Assembly: GCA_029262415.1 (NCBI GenBank)
Contig: JAJCZL010000058.1
Coordinates: 135,712 to 199,711, forward strand
DNA: 64,000 nucleotides
Direction of reading: 5' to 3'
Origin: Deltaproteobacteria bacterium
Lineage (GTDB): Bacteria > Desulfobacterota > Binatia > UBA1149 > JAJCZL01
Below, piece after piece: positions 1-10,073 of the stretch. Position 1 is the stretch's first letter. Each line of letters opens with the position of its first letter. The notes under the pieces were generated by a model that was given only the letters and a program-made list of their open reading frames with translations, did no database searches and had not been told where the DNA came from. The translations under genes and the position numbers were made by a program.

Positions 1-731
1 ATGAATGGCTGACCAAGGCGATGTTCCACTTTCGCTGGTCCTACCCGGCCGATGCGCGCAAGGCCTCACGGGTGCTGCCGTTACACGTTCTACCGATGCA
101 GCCACACGAACAGGCCGAGGCCGCCGGCGAAGCGTTCTGTGCGCGCCAGACCGCAAGACTCGGCGTCGTCGGATCCAGCGAGACGACCAGGACGGTCATC
201 GAAGAATCCTACCGCCGCTTACTCGGGGTGCTTGACGCGCGACTCGGCTCATCACCTTTCGTCATGGGCGCACGACCGGGCGCGGCAGACTTCGGGTTGT
301 TCGGGCAGCTCACCCAGCTTTGCCTGTTCGATCCGACGCCGAGCGCGATCGCCGCCGAGATCGCACCCCGCGTAGTCGCTTGGGTGGAAAACATCGAAGA
401 CTTGTCTTCGTACGACATCGCCGAAGACACCGACTGGGTCTCGGCTGAGGCTGCACCCGATACCTTGCGGCCGTTGCTCAAGGAGATCGGCCGCACCTAT
501 GTGCCGTTTCTGCTCGCCAACCACGCGGCCTTGCAAGCCGGTACTAACGAGGTCGGCCTAGAAATAGGCGGACGGGTGTGGAAACAAAACCCGTTCCGCT
601 ACCAGGGCAAGTGCTTCGAGAACCTGCGCGCGGCATACGCAGCATTGTCCGAGCGCGACGCCGACAGAGTGGATGCCGCTCTTGCGGGCACGGGCTGCGA
701 GAACTTGTTTGCAGACGCCGGCGCCAGGTAG
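1..731 (+). CDS. GST-like protein, C-terminal part (5' end outside window)
   Basis: ORF continues in frame to position 3. Motif AMFHFRWSYP matches AMHFRWNYPE of the paralog at 10074-11132. GST C-terminal-domain-like. Confidence 0.5.
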   Translation, partial: EWLTKAMFHFRWSYPADARKASRVLPLHVLPMQPHEQAEAAGEAFCARQTARLGVVGSSETTRTVIEESYRRLLGVLDARLGSSPFVMGARPGAADFGLFGQLTQLCLFDPTPSAIAAEIAPRVVAWVENIEDLSSYDIAEDTDWVSAEAAPDTLRPLLKEIGRTYVPFLLANHAALQAGTNEVGLEIGGRVWKQNPFRYQGKCFENLRAAYAALSERDADRVDAALAGTGCENLFADAGAR

Positions 732-875
732 TTCGACGGTCGGTCCGAACGAAAACGCGGAGGTAACGATCGTCGTCGCTTTTCCCGCTCAGAGAATCAT
801 CGGTAGATTAAAATATCGAATTAAATCAATAAGTTAGAATCTTTCGGCTCACCCATATGCGGGACTGGACGATGC

Positions 876-902
876 GAGTAATTACTCGTAGAGTATTTAC
901 TC
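876..902 (+). promoter_or_regulatory. Two adjacent dyads GAGTA-N2-TACTC (876-887 perfect palindrome GAGTAATTACTC; 891-902 GAGTATTTACTC) abutting the merR start codon
   Basis: Read directly from sequence. Embedded in an unusually AT-rich 120-bp leader (780-900). Candidate MerR autoregulatory operator. Confidence 0.35.
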
Positions 903-1652
903 ATGCAGTACGGCATCACGGATTTGGCGGGCGTTTCGGGCCTCACCGTCGATACGATCCGCTATTACCAGAATTTCGGTATCCTGCCGCCGCCGGCACG
1001 CGAGGGTCGGCTGGCGATCTACGAGCAAACCCACCTCGAACGCCTCGGACTGATCCGCTCGCTGACCAAGAAGGGGTTCTCGCTTAAAGCAATCCGCGAA
1101 CTACTACGGCAACGTGGCGTTTCGCAATCCGACCAAATCCTGCGCACTGCCATCGAGGACGAGCAGGCCCAGCCGCGCTACACCAGCGAAGAGTTTGCCA
1201 ACCATCTCGGCCTGCCCAAACCGCTCCTCTACTCAATCGAGAAGGCCGGGCTCGCCGAACCCCAAATCGACGAAGACGGCCGCACGGCATACTCCGATTC
1301 CGATCTCGGCGTGGCGCGCGGCGCGATGAAACTGCTCGAGTTCGGCATCCCGGTCACCAGCCTGCTCGCGCTCGCAGTTAAACACGACCGTTCGGTCCGA
1401 AAGAGCGTAGACGATGCCATCGACCTCTTTGACGACCACGTGCGCAAGGTCGATGGTGAAGAGGACGCCGAGAAAGCGGCCGAAGCTTTCCGCCAGTTGC
1501 TGCCATCTGTTGTTGCGCTAGTCGCCCATCACTTCCAACGGGTTCTGATCAACCGTGCGCTCAAACGCCTACACAAGAGCGGTCAAGCCGGTCCGCTCAA
1601 GGCCGCTCTCAAGGCGACCACACGCTCACGCCTGAAGCTCAGGTGGCGATAG
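903..1652 (+). CDS. MerR-family transcriptional regulator
   Basis: N-terminal HTH: GITDLAGVSGLTVDTIRYYQNFGILPPP, typical of the MerR family. 249 aa. Confidence 0.8.
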   Translation: MQYGITDLAGVSGLTVDTIRYYQNFGILPPPAREGRLAIYEQTHLERLGLIRSLTKKGFSLKAIRELLRQRGVSQSDQILRTAIEDEQAQPRYTSEEFANHLGLPKPLLYSIEKAGLAEPQIDEDGRTAYSDSDLGVARGAMKLLEFGIPVTSLLALAVKHDRSVRKSVDDAIDLFDDHVRKVDGEEDAEKAAEAFRQLLPSVVALVAHHFQRVLINRALKRLHKSGQAGPLKAALKATTRSRLKLRWR

Positions 1653-1667
1653 CGAAGGCGTAAAAGG

Positions 1668-3728
1668 ATGAGCACTCAATTACCGAGTCCCGGCGAGAAG
1701 CATAACGCGGTTCAGAACATGTTCGACCGGATCGCGCCTGGCTACGACCGCATGAACGCCCTGATGACGCTCGGCACCCACAAGCGTTGGAAGAAGGCCG
1801 CAATCGACTCGCTCAACATTCAGGCTGGGAACGTCGTCGCCGACCTTGCCTGCGGTACCGGCGACCTCGCACAAGAAGCCGCACGGCGCGGCGCCGACGC
1901 CGTAGGCTTAGATTTTTCACGCGAAATGCTCGTCGAGGCTCGCCAACGCAACCCCGGGATAGCGTTTGTTCACGCCGACGCGGAACACCTTCCGTTCGCC
2001 GATGGCTCAGTGGATGCGATCTCCTGCGGTTTTGCTCTTCGCAACTTCGTCTCGATCGAGGGCGCTCTCACTGAGTGCGCCCGTGTGCTCAAACCCGGTG
2101 GACGTTTGGCACTGGTCGAAGTCGATACGCCGCGCGCATTGCCCTTGCGTCTGCTGCATGGCTTCTACTTTAACAAACTGGTGCCGTTCGTCGGCGGCCT
2201 GATCGCTGATAGAAACGCATATGCATACCTTCCGGAATCGGTCGCGTATCTCCCCAACGAACAAGAGTTGCGCACAATCCTCGCGCGCTGCGGCTTTACC
2301 GGGGTGGTCAAGCGTTCGTTCATGTTCGGTGCAGCGCAGCTCATCTCCGCACGTCGCGCTGCGGCCTTGCACTGCAACATCACACGCATCGAGAACGCAC
2401 CCGACACTATCGCTATCGTCCAAGGCAATAAGAGCACCGACGCCTTCTACTGGGAGCATCCGGCAAGCGGTCGCTCGATCGCAACAGTGGGCTGCGTACG
2501 CGAGATTCGCAGCACCGGCCCCGACCGTTTCAGCAACGCACGGGCGATGTGGTCTGACGTAATCGGCACCGTTCAGTTCGAGGGAGATACACCGCCCTGC
2601 CCGGTGCCACTCCTGGTCGGTGGTTTCGGCTTCTTCGACGAGGACCCGCCGGCACCTTGGCAAGGCTTCCCTTCGCTTCGCTTCGTTATACCGAAGACCT
2701 GCTGGATCCGCTTCGACGGCAGCAACTACCGCGTTGATGTAAGCGACACTACAGGCGAGAACTCCGTCCCGGCGACCACCGCAGTAGAAGCCGACACCTC
2801 GGACGGCCATAAAAGCGATGAAGAGAGGCTGCACTGGCTGGCACGCGCTTCCGCGGTGCTTGAATCGATCGCAGCAGGTACACTCAAGAAACTCGTCTTA
2901 GCGCGAACCCGAACAGTTTCAGTCAGCGACGGTGGCGCGGCCTACGCGACCGCGCAGCGGCTGCGAGAGACGCGGCCTACCTGCGCGACTTTCATGGTAC
3001 GCAGCAACGGCCGGATATTCAGCGGCTCGTCACCCGAAGTCTTGGCGCGTGTACACGAGCGCAGGTTCGAAACAGCAGCGTTGGCCGGGTCGGCACCCCG
3101 ATTCGAGAAGCGCGAGAAAGACGAGGAAAGCTCTGATCAGCTCCTCGCATGTCCGAAAAACGCCCACGAACACGCGATCGTCGTCAATGAGATGCGCACC
3201 AAGCTTGCTCCGCTCTGCATCGACGTGATCGCTGCATCCCGACCCGAGTTGCGTACCGTTCCAGAAGCGTTTCATCTCAGCACCCCACTGTCGGGACACT
3301 TGGACGAAGACAGCAGCGTACTCGACGTAGCCGGAGCGCTTCACCCAACCTCCGCTGTATGTGGAATGCCGTCTGCACCTGCACGCGAACGACTCTGCTT
3401 CGAGGAGCCCGAACGAGGATGGTACGCCGGTGGCGTCGGATGGATGGACGCATCGGGGGACGGCGAAATAACAGTTGCGCTTAGGAGCGCGCTGTTTGAC
3501 GGTAGACGCGCGGTCATGTGGGCGGGTGCCGGAATTGTCGAGGGATCCGTGCCCGAGTCGGAGTTTGCCGAGACCGAGGCCAAACTTACCGCACTGCATG
3601 GAGCGCTCGAGGAATCGGCACTCACGGATGTCGCGTACACAGAAGCCAACGGCAGCATACCGATCGACCAGCAAGCCGAGCCAACCGACGACGACGACCC
3701 TCCAACCCGCCGAGCGGCCAGTGCCTGA
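1668..3728 (+). CDS. menF: Fusion protein: demethylmenaquinone/ubiquinone methyltransferase (UbiE/MenG, aa 1-235) + isochorismate synthase (MenF, aa ~250-686)
   Basis: N-terminus VQNMFDRIAPGYDRMNALMTLGTHKRWKK...DLACGTGD...LKPGGRLALVE is UbiE/MenG-like. C-terminus has chorismate-binding-enzyme motifs (AHEHAIVVNEMR, PTSAVCGMP, GWYAGGVGW). Single uninterrupted ORF with an RBS aaagga upstream. Confidence 0.75.
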   Translation: MSTQLPSPGEKHNAVQNMFDRIAPGYDRMNALMTLGTHKRWKKAAIDSLNIQAGNVVADLACGTGDLAQEAARRGADAVGLDFSREMLVEARQRNPGIAFVHADAEHLPFADGSVDAISCGFALRNFVSIEGALTECARVLKPGGRLALVEVDTPRALPLRLLHGFYFNKLVPFVGGLIADRNAYAYLPESVAYLPNEQELRTILARCGFTGVVKRSFMFGAAQLISARRAAALHCNITRIENAPDTIAIVQGNKSTDAFYWEHPASGRSIATVGCVREIRSTGPDRFSNARAMWSDVIGTVQFEGDTPPCPVPLLVGGFGFFDEDPPAPWQGFPSLRFVIPKTCWIRFDGSNYRVDVSDTTGENSVPATTAVEADTSDGHKSDEERLHWLARASAVLESIAAGTLKKLVLARTRTVSVSDGGAAYATAQRLRETRPTCATFMVRSNGRIFSGSSPEVLARVHERRFETAALAGSAPRFEKREKDEESSDQLLACPKNAHEHAIVVNEMRTKLAPLCIDVIAASRPELRTVPEAFHLSTPLSGHLDEDSSVLDVAGALHPTSAVCGMPSAPARERLCFEEPERGWYAGGVGWMDASGDGEITVALRSALFDGRRAVMWAGAGIVEGSVPESEFAETEAKLTALHGALEESALTDVAYTEANGSIPIDQQAEPTDDDDPPTRRAASA

Positions 3729-5559
3729 TAACTGCGACGTCGCGCATGCGAACATCGAGGCGATGCGCGCACTGGTCCGCGGCCTCGTCGATTCAGGTGT
3801 CCAGCGCGTATGTATCGCACCGGGATCGCGTTCAACACCTATCGTTGTCGCGATCGCCGAGAGCCCAAACCTTGACGATACTGTGGTGCTCGATGAACGC
3901 GCGGGCGCTTTTTTCGCGCTCGGAATGGCTAAACGCACCGGGACCCCCGTCGCGATCGTATGCACATCGGGCACCGCAGCCGCCAACTTCTACCCGGCGG
4001 TCGCCGAAGCATCGCTGGCCTGTGTGCCGCTTATCGTCCTGACCGCGGATCGCCCGCCGGAACTGCGCGGGCTCGGAGCGCCGCAAACTATCGATCAGGT
4101 ATCGCTGTACGGCTCGCACACGCGCGCGAGTACAGACGTGCCGCCACCCTCAACCAACGCCGCCGGTCGCGAGGGACGAACACACGAGTCGTTCTACCAA
4201 CTGGCTTGCGATGCGGCAAACGCCGCCACCCGGCCGGCAGCCGGCCCGGTACATTTAAACCTGTGCTTTCGCGAGCCGCTGATCGGAGAGTATCCCGGCG
4301 ATCGACCGGCTCCGATCTCAAACCAAAGCCACGAGTTTCGAGTGCTCGAGACTGCGCACCCAGATGCCGCGGATGTCGGGCGCATCGCAAACGAACTGCG
4401 CGGCGTAGGTCGCGGTGTGATCGTTTGCGGACCGCTTTGTTGCGAGAGCCCGGACACCCGCGAACAAGACGCGACGGCCATCACTGGGCTGGCCCGCCGA
4501 CTCGGCTGGCCGATCATTGCCGACGTACTCTCCGGGTTGCGCTTCGGCGCTCACGACCGCTCCCAGATCGTTGCGACGCACGATGTTCTGCTGCGTGACC
4601 CGACATTCCGAGACTCGGGCCGTCCCGACTACGTACTGAGGCTTGGCGCCCCGCCGATCGTAAAGTCCTCACACACATGGCTAAGCACGCTCGCCAACGT
4701 AGTGCAGACGGTAGTTTGCGAACCAGGCCTTCACCTCGATCACGTGCGGACCGCAGCGAACGTCGTCAGTGCCGTTCCTGCCACGTTTTGCGAGGGTTTG
4801 CTCGCTGCTCTTGGGCCGCGCCCGCGAAGCGCCGATTCCCACTGGCTGCCACTCTGGACCGGCGCGGGCGACGCTGCCGCGCGGGCTGTCCAACGTGAAC
4901 TGGAGGCGCAGGAGATTTTGAGCGAACCCGCGGTCGCAGCAGTGATCGCTTCGTCAATGCCTTCAGGATCGGTACTGTTCGTCGGCAACAGTATGCCGGT
5001 ACGCGACCTCGACACGTTCGCCTCGACATCGCACACAGATCTCGCGGTACTGTGCAATCGCGGCGCAAACGGAATCGACGGGGTCGTCTCGGCTGCACTC
5101 GGGGTAGCTGCGGTCAGTGGGCCGGCAGCAGCTCTGGTGGGCGACCTTTGTTTTCTTCACGACGTTGCAGCGCTACAACTGGCCGCATTGCACTCGCTCG
5201 ACATGACTCTAGTCGTCGTCAACAACGACGGTGGCGGAGTATTCTCGTTCTTGCCACAAGCCGGACACCCAGAGATATTCGAACGCTACTTCAGCACCCC
5301 GCACGGGCTCGACCTCGGCCCAATCGCGCGTTCGTGCGGAGCACGGCACACTGTCCTCACCTCGCAAAGCGGTCTTCGCCGGGCGCTGCAGCAGGCACTT
5401 GCGCGGCCGGGTCTCGACGTGTTAGAGGTCCCTAGTGACCGCGCCATGAATGTCGAGGTTCACGATCGACTACTCGCTGTAGCGGCCGACGCAGTCCACG
5501 CTTTTCTTGCCGACAACAAACACGTCCGTACAGGCGTAGCGGATGAGACCGCCGCATGA
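3721..5559 (+). CDS. menD: SEPHCHC synthase MenD (ThDP-dependent)
   Basis: GSRSTPIVVAIAE...AIVCTSGTAAANFYPAVAEA...LIVLTADRPPELR motifs. GTG start at 3721 overlaps the menF stop (3726-3728). An alternative ATG lies at 3763. Confidence 0.85.
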   Translation: MPDNCDVAHANIEAMRALVRGLVDSGVQRVCIAPGSRSTPIVVAIAESPNLDDTVVLDERAGAFFALGMAKRTGTPVAIVCTSGTAAANFYPAVAEASLACVPLIVLTADRPPELRGLGAPQTIDQVSLYGSHTRASTDVPPPSTNAAGREGRTHESFYQLACDAANAATRPAAGPVHLNLCFREPLIGEYPGDRPAPISNQSHEFRVLETAHPDAADVGRIANELRGVGRGVIVCGPLCCESPDTREQDATAITGLARRLGWPIIADVLSGLRFGAHDRSQIVATHDVLLRDPTFRDSGRPDYVLRLGAPPIVKSSHTWLSTLANVVQTVVCEPGLHLDHVRTAANVVSAVPATFCEGLLAALGPRPRSADSHWLPLWTGAGDAAARAVQRELEAQEILSEPAVAAVIASSMPSGSVLFVGNSMPVRDLDTFASTSHTDLAVLCNRGANGIDGVVSAALGVAAVSGPAAALVGDLCFLHDVAALQLAALHSLDMTLVVVNNDGGGVFSFLPQAGHPEIFERYFSTPHGLDLGPIARSCGARHTVLTSQSGLRRALQQALARPGLDVLEVPSDRAMNVEVHDRLLAVAADAVHAFLADNKHVRTGVADETAA

Positions 5560-6449
5560 TCACCCACCTGCTCGTCAACGGCCGCTATGCGCGCGTGATC
5601 GATGTCGGGCCTGCAAATGCGCCGGTGCTGTTAATGCTGCACGGATTCGCGGGCAACGCCTCGGCCTGGGAAGATATCGCCAAGGGACTCGTACCCGAAT
5701 ACCGCGTGCTCGCCGCCGACTTGCCCGGCCACGGCGCCGAATCCGACGCGCGCGGCAGCGACTGCACGATGCAAGCGGCGACAACGCGCCTCGCGCGGAT
5801 ACTCTCGCGCCTGGCCGTGGAACGCGTCACTCTGGTCGGATACTCGATGGGAGGACGGCTTGCGCTGCACTTCGCCCTCTCACACTCACAGCTCGTCGAG
5901 CGTCTCTGCTTGGTTGGCGCATCGGCCGGCATTGCCGATGAGACCGAGCGCCGAGAGCGCCGAGATGCCGACGACAAGCTGGCGGCCTACCTCCAAGTCG
6001 GCGGCATCAAAAATTTTACGGAGTCGTGGCAAGCCAACCCGTTGTTCGAAAATCTCGAGCGCAACAATCCCCGCGCGCACAAAGCGATCCGCCAGATGCG
6101 CCTCTCGTGTTCGGCCGACGGGTTAGCGGCGTCGTTACGCGGGATGGGGGCCGGTTCACAGGCCTATCTCGGCGACCACCTTAGGGAGATCGCCGTGCCC
6201 GTACAGCTGATAACCGGCGAACTCGACAGCAAGTTCACCGCGATCGCACAGCAGATGCACGCCGCCTTTACCACTGCGCCGCACGACCCGTCACGCGTGT
6301 CGCTGACAACGATCGCGGATGCAGGCCACGCCGTCCATGCCGAGAAACCTCAACAGTTCATAGACACTCTGCGCGCTTTTTTAGCCGCGCACATCACCAG
6401 TACGAACAACACCACCGACGCCGTGCGCGCCGCACACGCGCGAACGTAA
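5556..6449 (+). CDS. menH: SHCHC synthase MenH (alpha/beta hydrolase)
   Basis: [10 protein letters not shown]...[14 protein letters not shown] in men context. ATGA start/stop overlap with menD. Confidence 0.75.
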   Translation: MITHLLVNGRYARVIDVGPANAPVLLMLHGFAGNASAWEDIAKGLVPEYRVLAADLPGHGAESDARGSDCTMQAATTRLARILSRLAVERVTLVGYSMGGRLALHFALSHSQLVERLCLVGASAGIADETERRERRDADDKLAAYLQVGGIKNFTESWQANPLFENLERNNPRAHKAIRQMRLSCSADGLAASLRGMGAGSQAYLGDHLREIAVPVQLITGELDSKFTAIAQQMHAAFTTAPHDPSRVSLTTIADAGHAVHAEKPQQFIDTLRAFLAAHITSTNNTTDAVRAAHART

Positions 6450-6477
6450 GAGCCGGCCCGGATTCAGGAGCACAGCA

Positions 6478-7296
6478 ATGAGTATCGAATGGAAAACCGT
6501 CAAAGACTACGAAGATATCCTCTACCAAAAGGCCGAGGGCATCGCACGGATATCGATCAACCGACCGGAGGTTCGCAATGCGTTTCGGCCGCAAACCACG
6601 CGTGAGTTGATCGATGCGTTCATGGATGTTCGTGAACAGGCGGACGTCGGCGCGGTGATTCTTACTGGTGAGGGTGGACTCGCCTTTTGCAGCGGCGGCG
6701 ACCAACGCGTACGCGGCGCCAAGGGGTACGTCGGTGACGATGGTGTGCCGCGCCTGAACGTACTTGACCTGCAAAAACTCATCCGTAGCCTGCCAAAGCC
6801 TGTGGTCGCAATGGTCGCGGGATACGCGATAGGCGGTGGGCACGTTCTCCATCTGGTCTGCGACCTCTCGATCGCCGCAGACAACGCGGTGTTCGGACAG
6901 ACCGGGCCGCGCGTCGGCAGTTTTGACGGCGGCTTCGGCGCTTCCTACTTGGCCCGTGTCGTAGGCCAGAAAAAAGCACGTGAGATCTGGTATCTGTGCC
7001 GGCAATACTCCGCGGCCGAAGCGCTGGATATGGGACTGGTCAACACCGTCGTTCCGCTTGAAGAACTCGAAAACACCACCGTAGATTGGTGCAAGCGCAT
7101 GCTTGAACACAGCCCGATGGCGCTGCGCTGCCTCAAGTCGGCTTTCAACGCCGAGACCGACGGTATGGCCGGAATCCAAGAACTCGCGGGCAACACGACA
7201 ATGCTGTTCTACATGAGCGAAGAAGGCCAAGAAGGACGCGACGCCTACCTGCAAAAGCGCAAACCCGACTTCGCCAAGTATCCGCGCTTGCCGTGA
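6478..7296 (+). CDS. menB: 1,4-dihydroxy-2-naphthoyl-CoA synthase MenB
   Basis: Crotonase fold with MenB-specific sequence ([30 protein letters not shown]...GGDQRVRG...). RBS aggag. Confidence 0.9.
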   Translation: MSIEWKTVKDYEDILYQKAEGIARISINRPEVRNAFRPQTTRELIDAFMDVREQADVGAVILTGEGGLAFCSGGDQRVRGAKGYVGDDGVPRLNVLDLQKLIRSLPKPVVAMVAGYAIGGGHVLHLVCDLSIAADNAVFGQTGPRVGSFDGGFGASYLARVVGQKKAREIWYLCRQYSAAEALDMGLVNTVVPLEELENTTVDWCKRMLEHSPMALRCLKSAFNAETDGMAGIQELAGNTTMLFYMSEEGQEGRDAYLQKRKPDFAKYPRLP

Positions 7297-7372
7297 CCGA
7301 GGGTCGGCTCACGGACACTGTAGCTCAGTCCGTACTCGTGGCCGGGAGCGCACCTGTGGTAGGTTTCGTCGG

Positions 7373-8446
7373 TTGAAGATTGAAGAAGTCAATATCCTCC
7401 CCTATCGCGCACAGCTTGTGCGCCCACTGTTCACGGCTAAGGGGATCGTCGAAGAACGTCTAGGCTTCTTGTTGCGGCTTCGTGACAGTTCGGGTGCCGA
7501 AGGCTGGGGTGAAGCCGGACCGATTCACTGGATGGAAGGCAACCTCGCCGAATGCGGACGGGCGTTGCAGCGCTTGAGCTCTCTTGCCGGTCGCTCGCAA
7601 GAAGACTTTCGCGAGCGTGTAACCTCGCTCACGCGTGCCTACCCCGAAACCGCCTGCGCGCTCGACACCGCGCTCCTCGATCTCGACGCCCGTGCTCACG
7701 GCGTGAGCCTCTGCGATCTCTTAGCCAACGGATCTGTGGGCTGCGCAACGCCGCGCGTCTCTGCGTTACTCACCCAAACAACTCCCAAACGCATCGCTGC
7801 CGAGGTAACCAGTCGCGCCGAATCCGGATACGACTGCGTCAAGATTAAAGTCGGATCCGGATCGATGTGGGAAGACGTTGAACGTCTCGCCGCGGTGCGC
7901 GAGATCTTTGAAGGGGAGATTCGTATTGATGCCAACGGTGGCTGGTCGCTCGCCCAAGCGATGACCGCGTGCCGGAACTTCGAACGTTACAACGTGGCGT
8001 GGATAGAGGACCCCTTGGCACCGCCCGAAGAGGGTTTCGGGCAGCTCATGAACTCGTGGCGCGAACTCTCCGAGGCGACTTCGATTCCGTTGGCGCTCGA
8101 TCACCGCTCCGAAGACGACCGTACCCGCGGCTTTCTGACCGGTGCCGGTGCTATCGACTGGATCGTCCTCAAACTCGCCCGCACCGGCGGGCCGAGCCGG
8201 GCCACTGTAATCGCTCGCGAGATGGCCGGCACCAAAGTACGAGTCGCGTTTACCGACTCTATAGAAACCGGAGTCGGCCAGCGTGCGGCTCTGCATACGG
8301 CGGCCGCACAACAGACCCCGACGGCGGTAGGCCTGGGTGGTGCGCTTACACTCGTCGAACTCAAACTCGACGGTAGGGCAGCGTGCCCTGCCGCCGAAGC
8401 CCTTCGCGGACCGCAACCAGAGCTACAAGGCCCAGGGCTAGGCTGA
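7373..8446 (+). CDS. menC: o-succinylbenzoate synthase MenC (enolase superfamily)
   Basis: Enolase-superfamily motifs (KIKVG, IRIDANGGW, IEDP). TTG start. Position in men cluster. Confidence 0.75.
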   Translation: MKIEEVNILPYRAQLVRPLFTAKGIVEERLGFLLRLRDSSGAEGWGEAGPIHWMEGNLAECGRALQRLSSLAGRSQEDFRERVTSLTRAYPETACALDTALLDLDARAHGVSLCDLLANGSVGCATPRVSALLTQTTPKRIAAEVTSRAESGYDCVKIKVGSGSMWEDVERLAAVREIFEGEIRIDANGGWSLAQAMTACRNFERYNVAWIEDPLAPPEEGFGQLMNSWRELSEATSIPLALDHRSEDDRTRGFLTGAGAIDWIVLKLARTGGPSRATVIAREMAGTKVRVAFTDSIETGVGQRAALHTAAAQQTPTAVGLGGALTLVELKLDGRAACPAAEALRGPQPELQGPGLG

Positions 8447-8455
8447 CCCGGCGCG

Positions 8456-10021
8456 ATGGACGCAGGCGCCTCATACCAAAGCCGTATCATTTGGCTCTCC
8501 GCACGCGCGCGCGAATCACCGGATGAGACTTGCCTATGGTGGCAGCGTTCACCGGTGTCTTTCGGGGCGATGCTTGACGCGGTCGAAGGTGTCGCCGCCC
8601 GCCTATGGGCTGCAGGGCTGCGCCCGACCGACAGACTGGCAACCGTATGCGCACCGTCTCTGCGTTTCGTCGAACTTTTCCACGCCGTGCAAAGTATCGG
8701 CGCTGTGCTGGTGCCGCTTGCGCCGCACCTAACGGCGACTGAACTAACCCCTCTCTTCGAGCGCACCTCCCCCAGGCTGGTTCTCGCTGATACGGCAGCG
8801 ATACCGACAGTGCGCGCCACGACTTACGCGACTGCCGGTATCTCGGGAGAGAGGTGCGTGATCGAAGCACTCGGCGAACTCGACCAGGCCGCACCGGCAC
8901 AGAAGACGACAGCTCCACGAGAGTCGCCCGGATATGTCGTGCAGAGCGATGAGCCACTCACGGTCTTGTTCACGTCCGGAACATGCGGGGCACCAAAAGC
9001 GGCGGTGTTGCCGTACCGGGCTCATGAAGCCTCGGCACGCGCCGGCGCGCGGCGGCTCCGTCTCACCGAACGCGATTGTTGGCTCCTCTGTATGCCGCTT
9101 CACCACGTAGGCGGTATCTCGGTTCTGGTTCGCAACGTGGTGTGCGGCGTTCCTTTCGTTCTGCTCGAGAGTTTCGACGCCGCTGAGGTCGACCGTGAAC
9201 TGCGCGGGGGTGGGGTCACTGCGATTTCCGTGGTACCGACGATGCTCACGCGCCTACTCGACGCGGGAAACGACCGCGCCTACCCGAACTGTCTACGTAT
9301 AGTCCTCACCGGTGGTGGGCCGCTCACGGCCGGTCTCGCCGAACGAGCGCGAGCGGCGCACGTCCCGGTACTTACAACCTACGGCCTGACCGAAGCCGCA
9401 TCGCAGGTTTGCACAGTCGCCCCCGGCAACGGTGCCACGAATGATAGCGTCGCCGCACCCGGCAGCGTCGGCCGACCGCTTGAAGGAACCGAGGTTAGGA
9501 TCGACAATCCCGGCGCGGACGGCGTCGGCGAGATACTCGTCAAAAGCCCCACGCTGATGACCGGCTATCTCGACGATCCGGCCGCGACCCAGGCCGCACT
9601 CAGAGACGGCCTCTTACACACGGGTGACCTCGGCCGTCTCGACGCTGCAGGCCACCTGCACATCGAGTGCAGACGCACCGACTTGATCATCACCGGCGGC
9701 GAGAATGTCTACCCGCGCGAGGTCGAAGCCGTCCTGTGCAGCCATCCAGAGATCGAAACAGCCGTGGTCGTAGGCGTGGACGACTCCAAATGGGGCCAGC
9801 GCGTAAGCGCAGTCGTCGTCCCGTTCTCGCCACCGTCGCCGACACGCCCTGCCGACGACGGCTCGCATGGCGAGCTACCCAAACGCATCATCGACTTCTG
9901 CGTAACCCGCCTGGCCAAGTACAAAATCCCACGCGCAATAGTTATCGCTGAGTCTTTGCCGATGACCCCTAGCGGTAAGATCGATCTTAAAGCGGCCAAG
10001 ACTCTTCTCGAGCAAAGTTAA
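8456..10021 (+). CDS. menE: o-succinylbenzoate-CoA ligase MenE (AMP-binding)
   Basis: LFTSGTCGAPKAAVL, TYGLTEAAS, GEILVKSPTLMTGY, PSGKIDLKA motifs. Men context. Confidence 0.75.
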   Translation: MDAGASYQSRIIWLSARARESPDETCLWWQRSPVSFGAMLDAVEGVAARLWAAGLRPTDRLATVCAPSLRFVELFHAVQSIGAVLVPLAPHLTATELTPLFERTSPRLVLADTAAIPTVRATTYATAGISGERCVIEALGELDQAAPAQKTTAPRESPGYVVQSDEPLTVLFTSGTCGAPKAAVLPYRAHEASARAGARRLRLTERDCWLLCMPLHHVGGISVLVRNVVCGVPFVLLESFDAAEVDRELRGGGVTAISVVPTMLTRLLDAGNDRAYPNCLRIVLTGGGPLTAGLAERARAAHVPVLTTYGLTEAASQVCTVAPGNGATNDSVAAPGSVGRPLEGTEVRIDNPGADGVGEILVKSPTLMTGYLDDPAATQAALRDGLLHTGDLGRLDAAGHLHIECRRTDLIITGGENVYPREVEAVLCSHPEIETAVVVGVDDSKWGQRVSAVVVPFSPPSPTRPADDGSHGELPKRIIDFCVTRLAKYKIPRAIVIAESLPMTPSGKIDLKAAKTLLEQS

Positions 10022-10073
10022 GGATGCCGCGACGGCCCTTTCGATAACCTGCACACCGTGACAACCTCGCGGC

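Noticed and set aside
2007-2834. Long antisense ORFs throughout (e.g. 2007-2834 -, 3030-3986 -, 6394-7254 -, 7766-8416 -, 24025-25239 +, 37050-38132 +, 18741-19379 -)
   Set aside because: They lie wholly opposite well-supported genes. Their Arg/Ala/Pro/Ser-rich low-complexity translations are typical of high-GC shadow frames.
7321-7372. TAGCTCAGT-containing segment after menB resembling a tRNA D-arm
   Set aside because: No acceptor stem, anticodon arm or GGTTCGA T-arm follows. It is only an imperfect hairpin in the menB-menC spacer.
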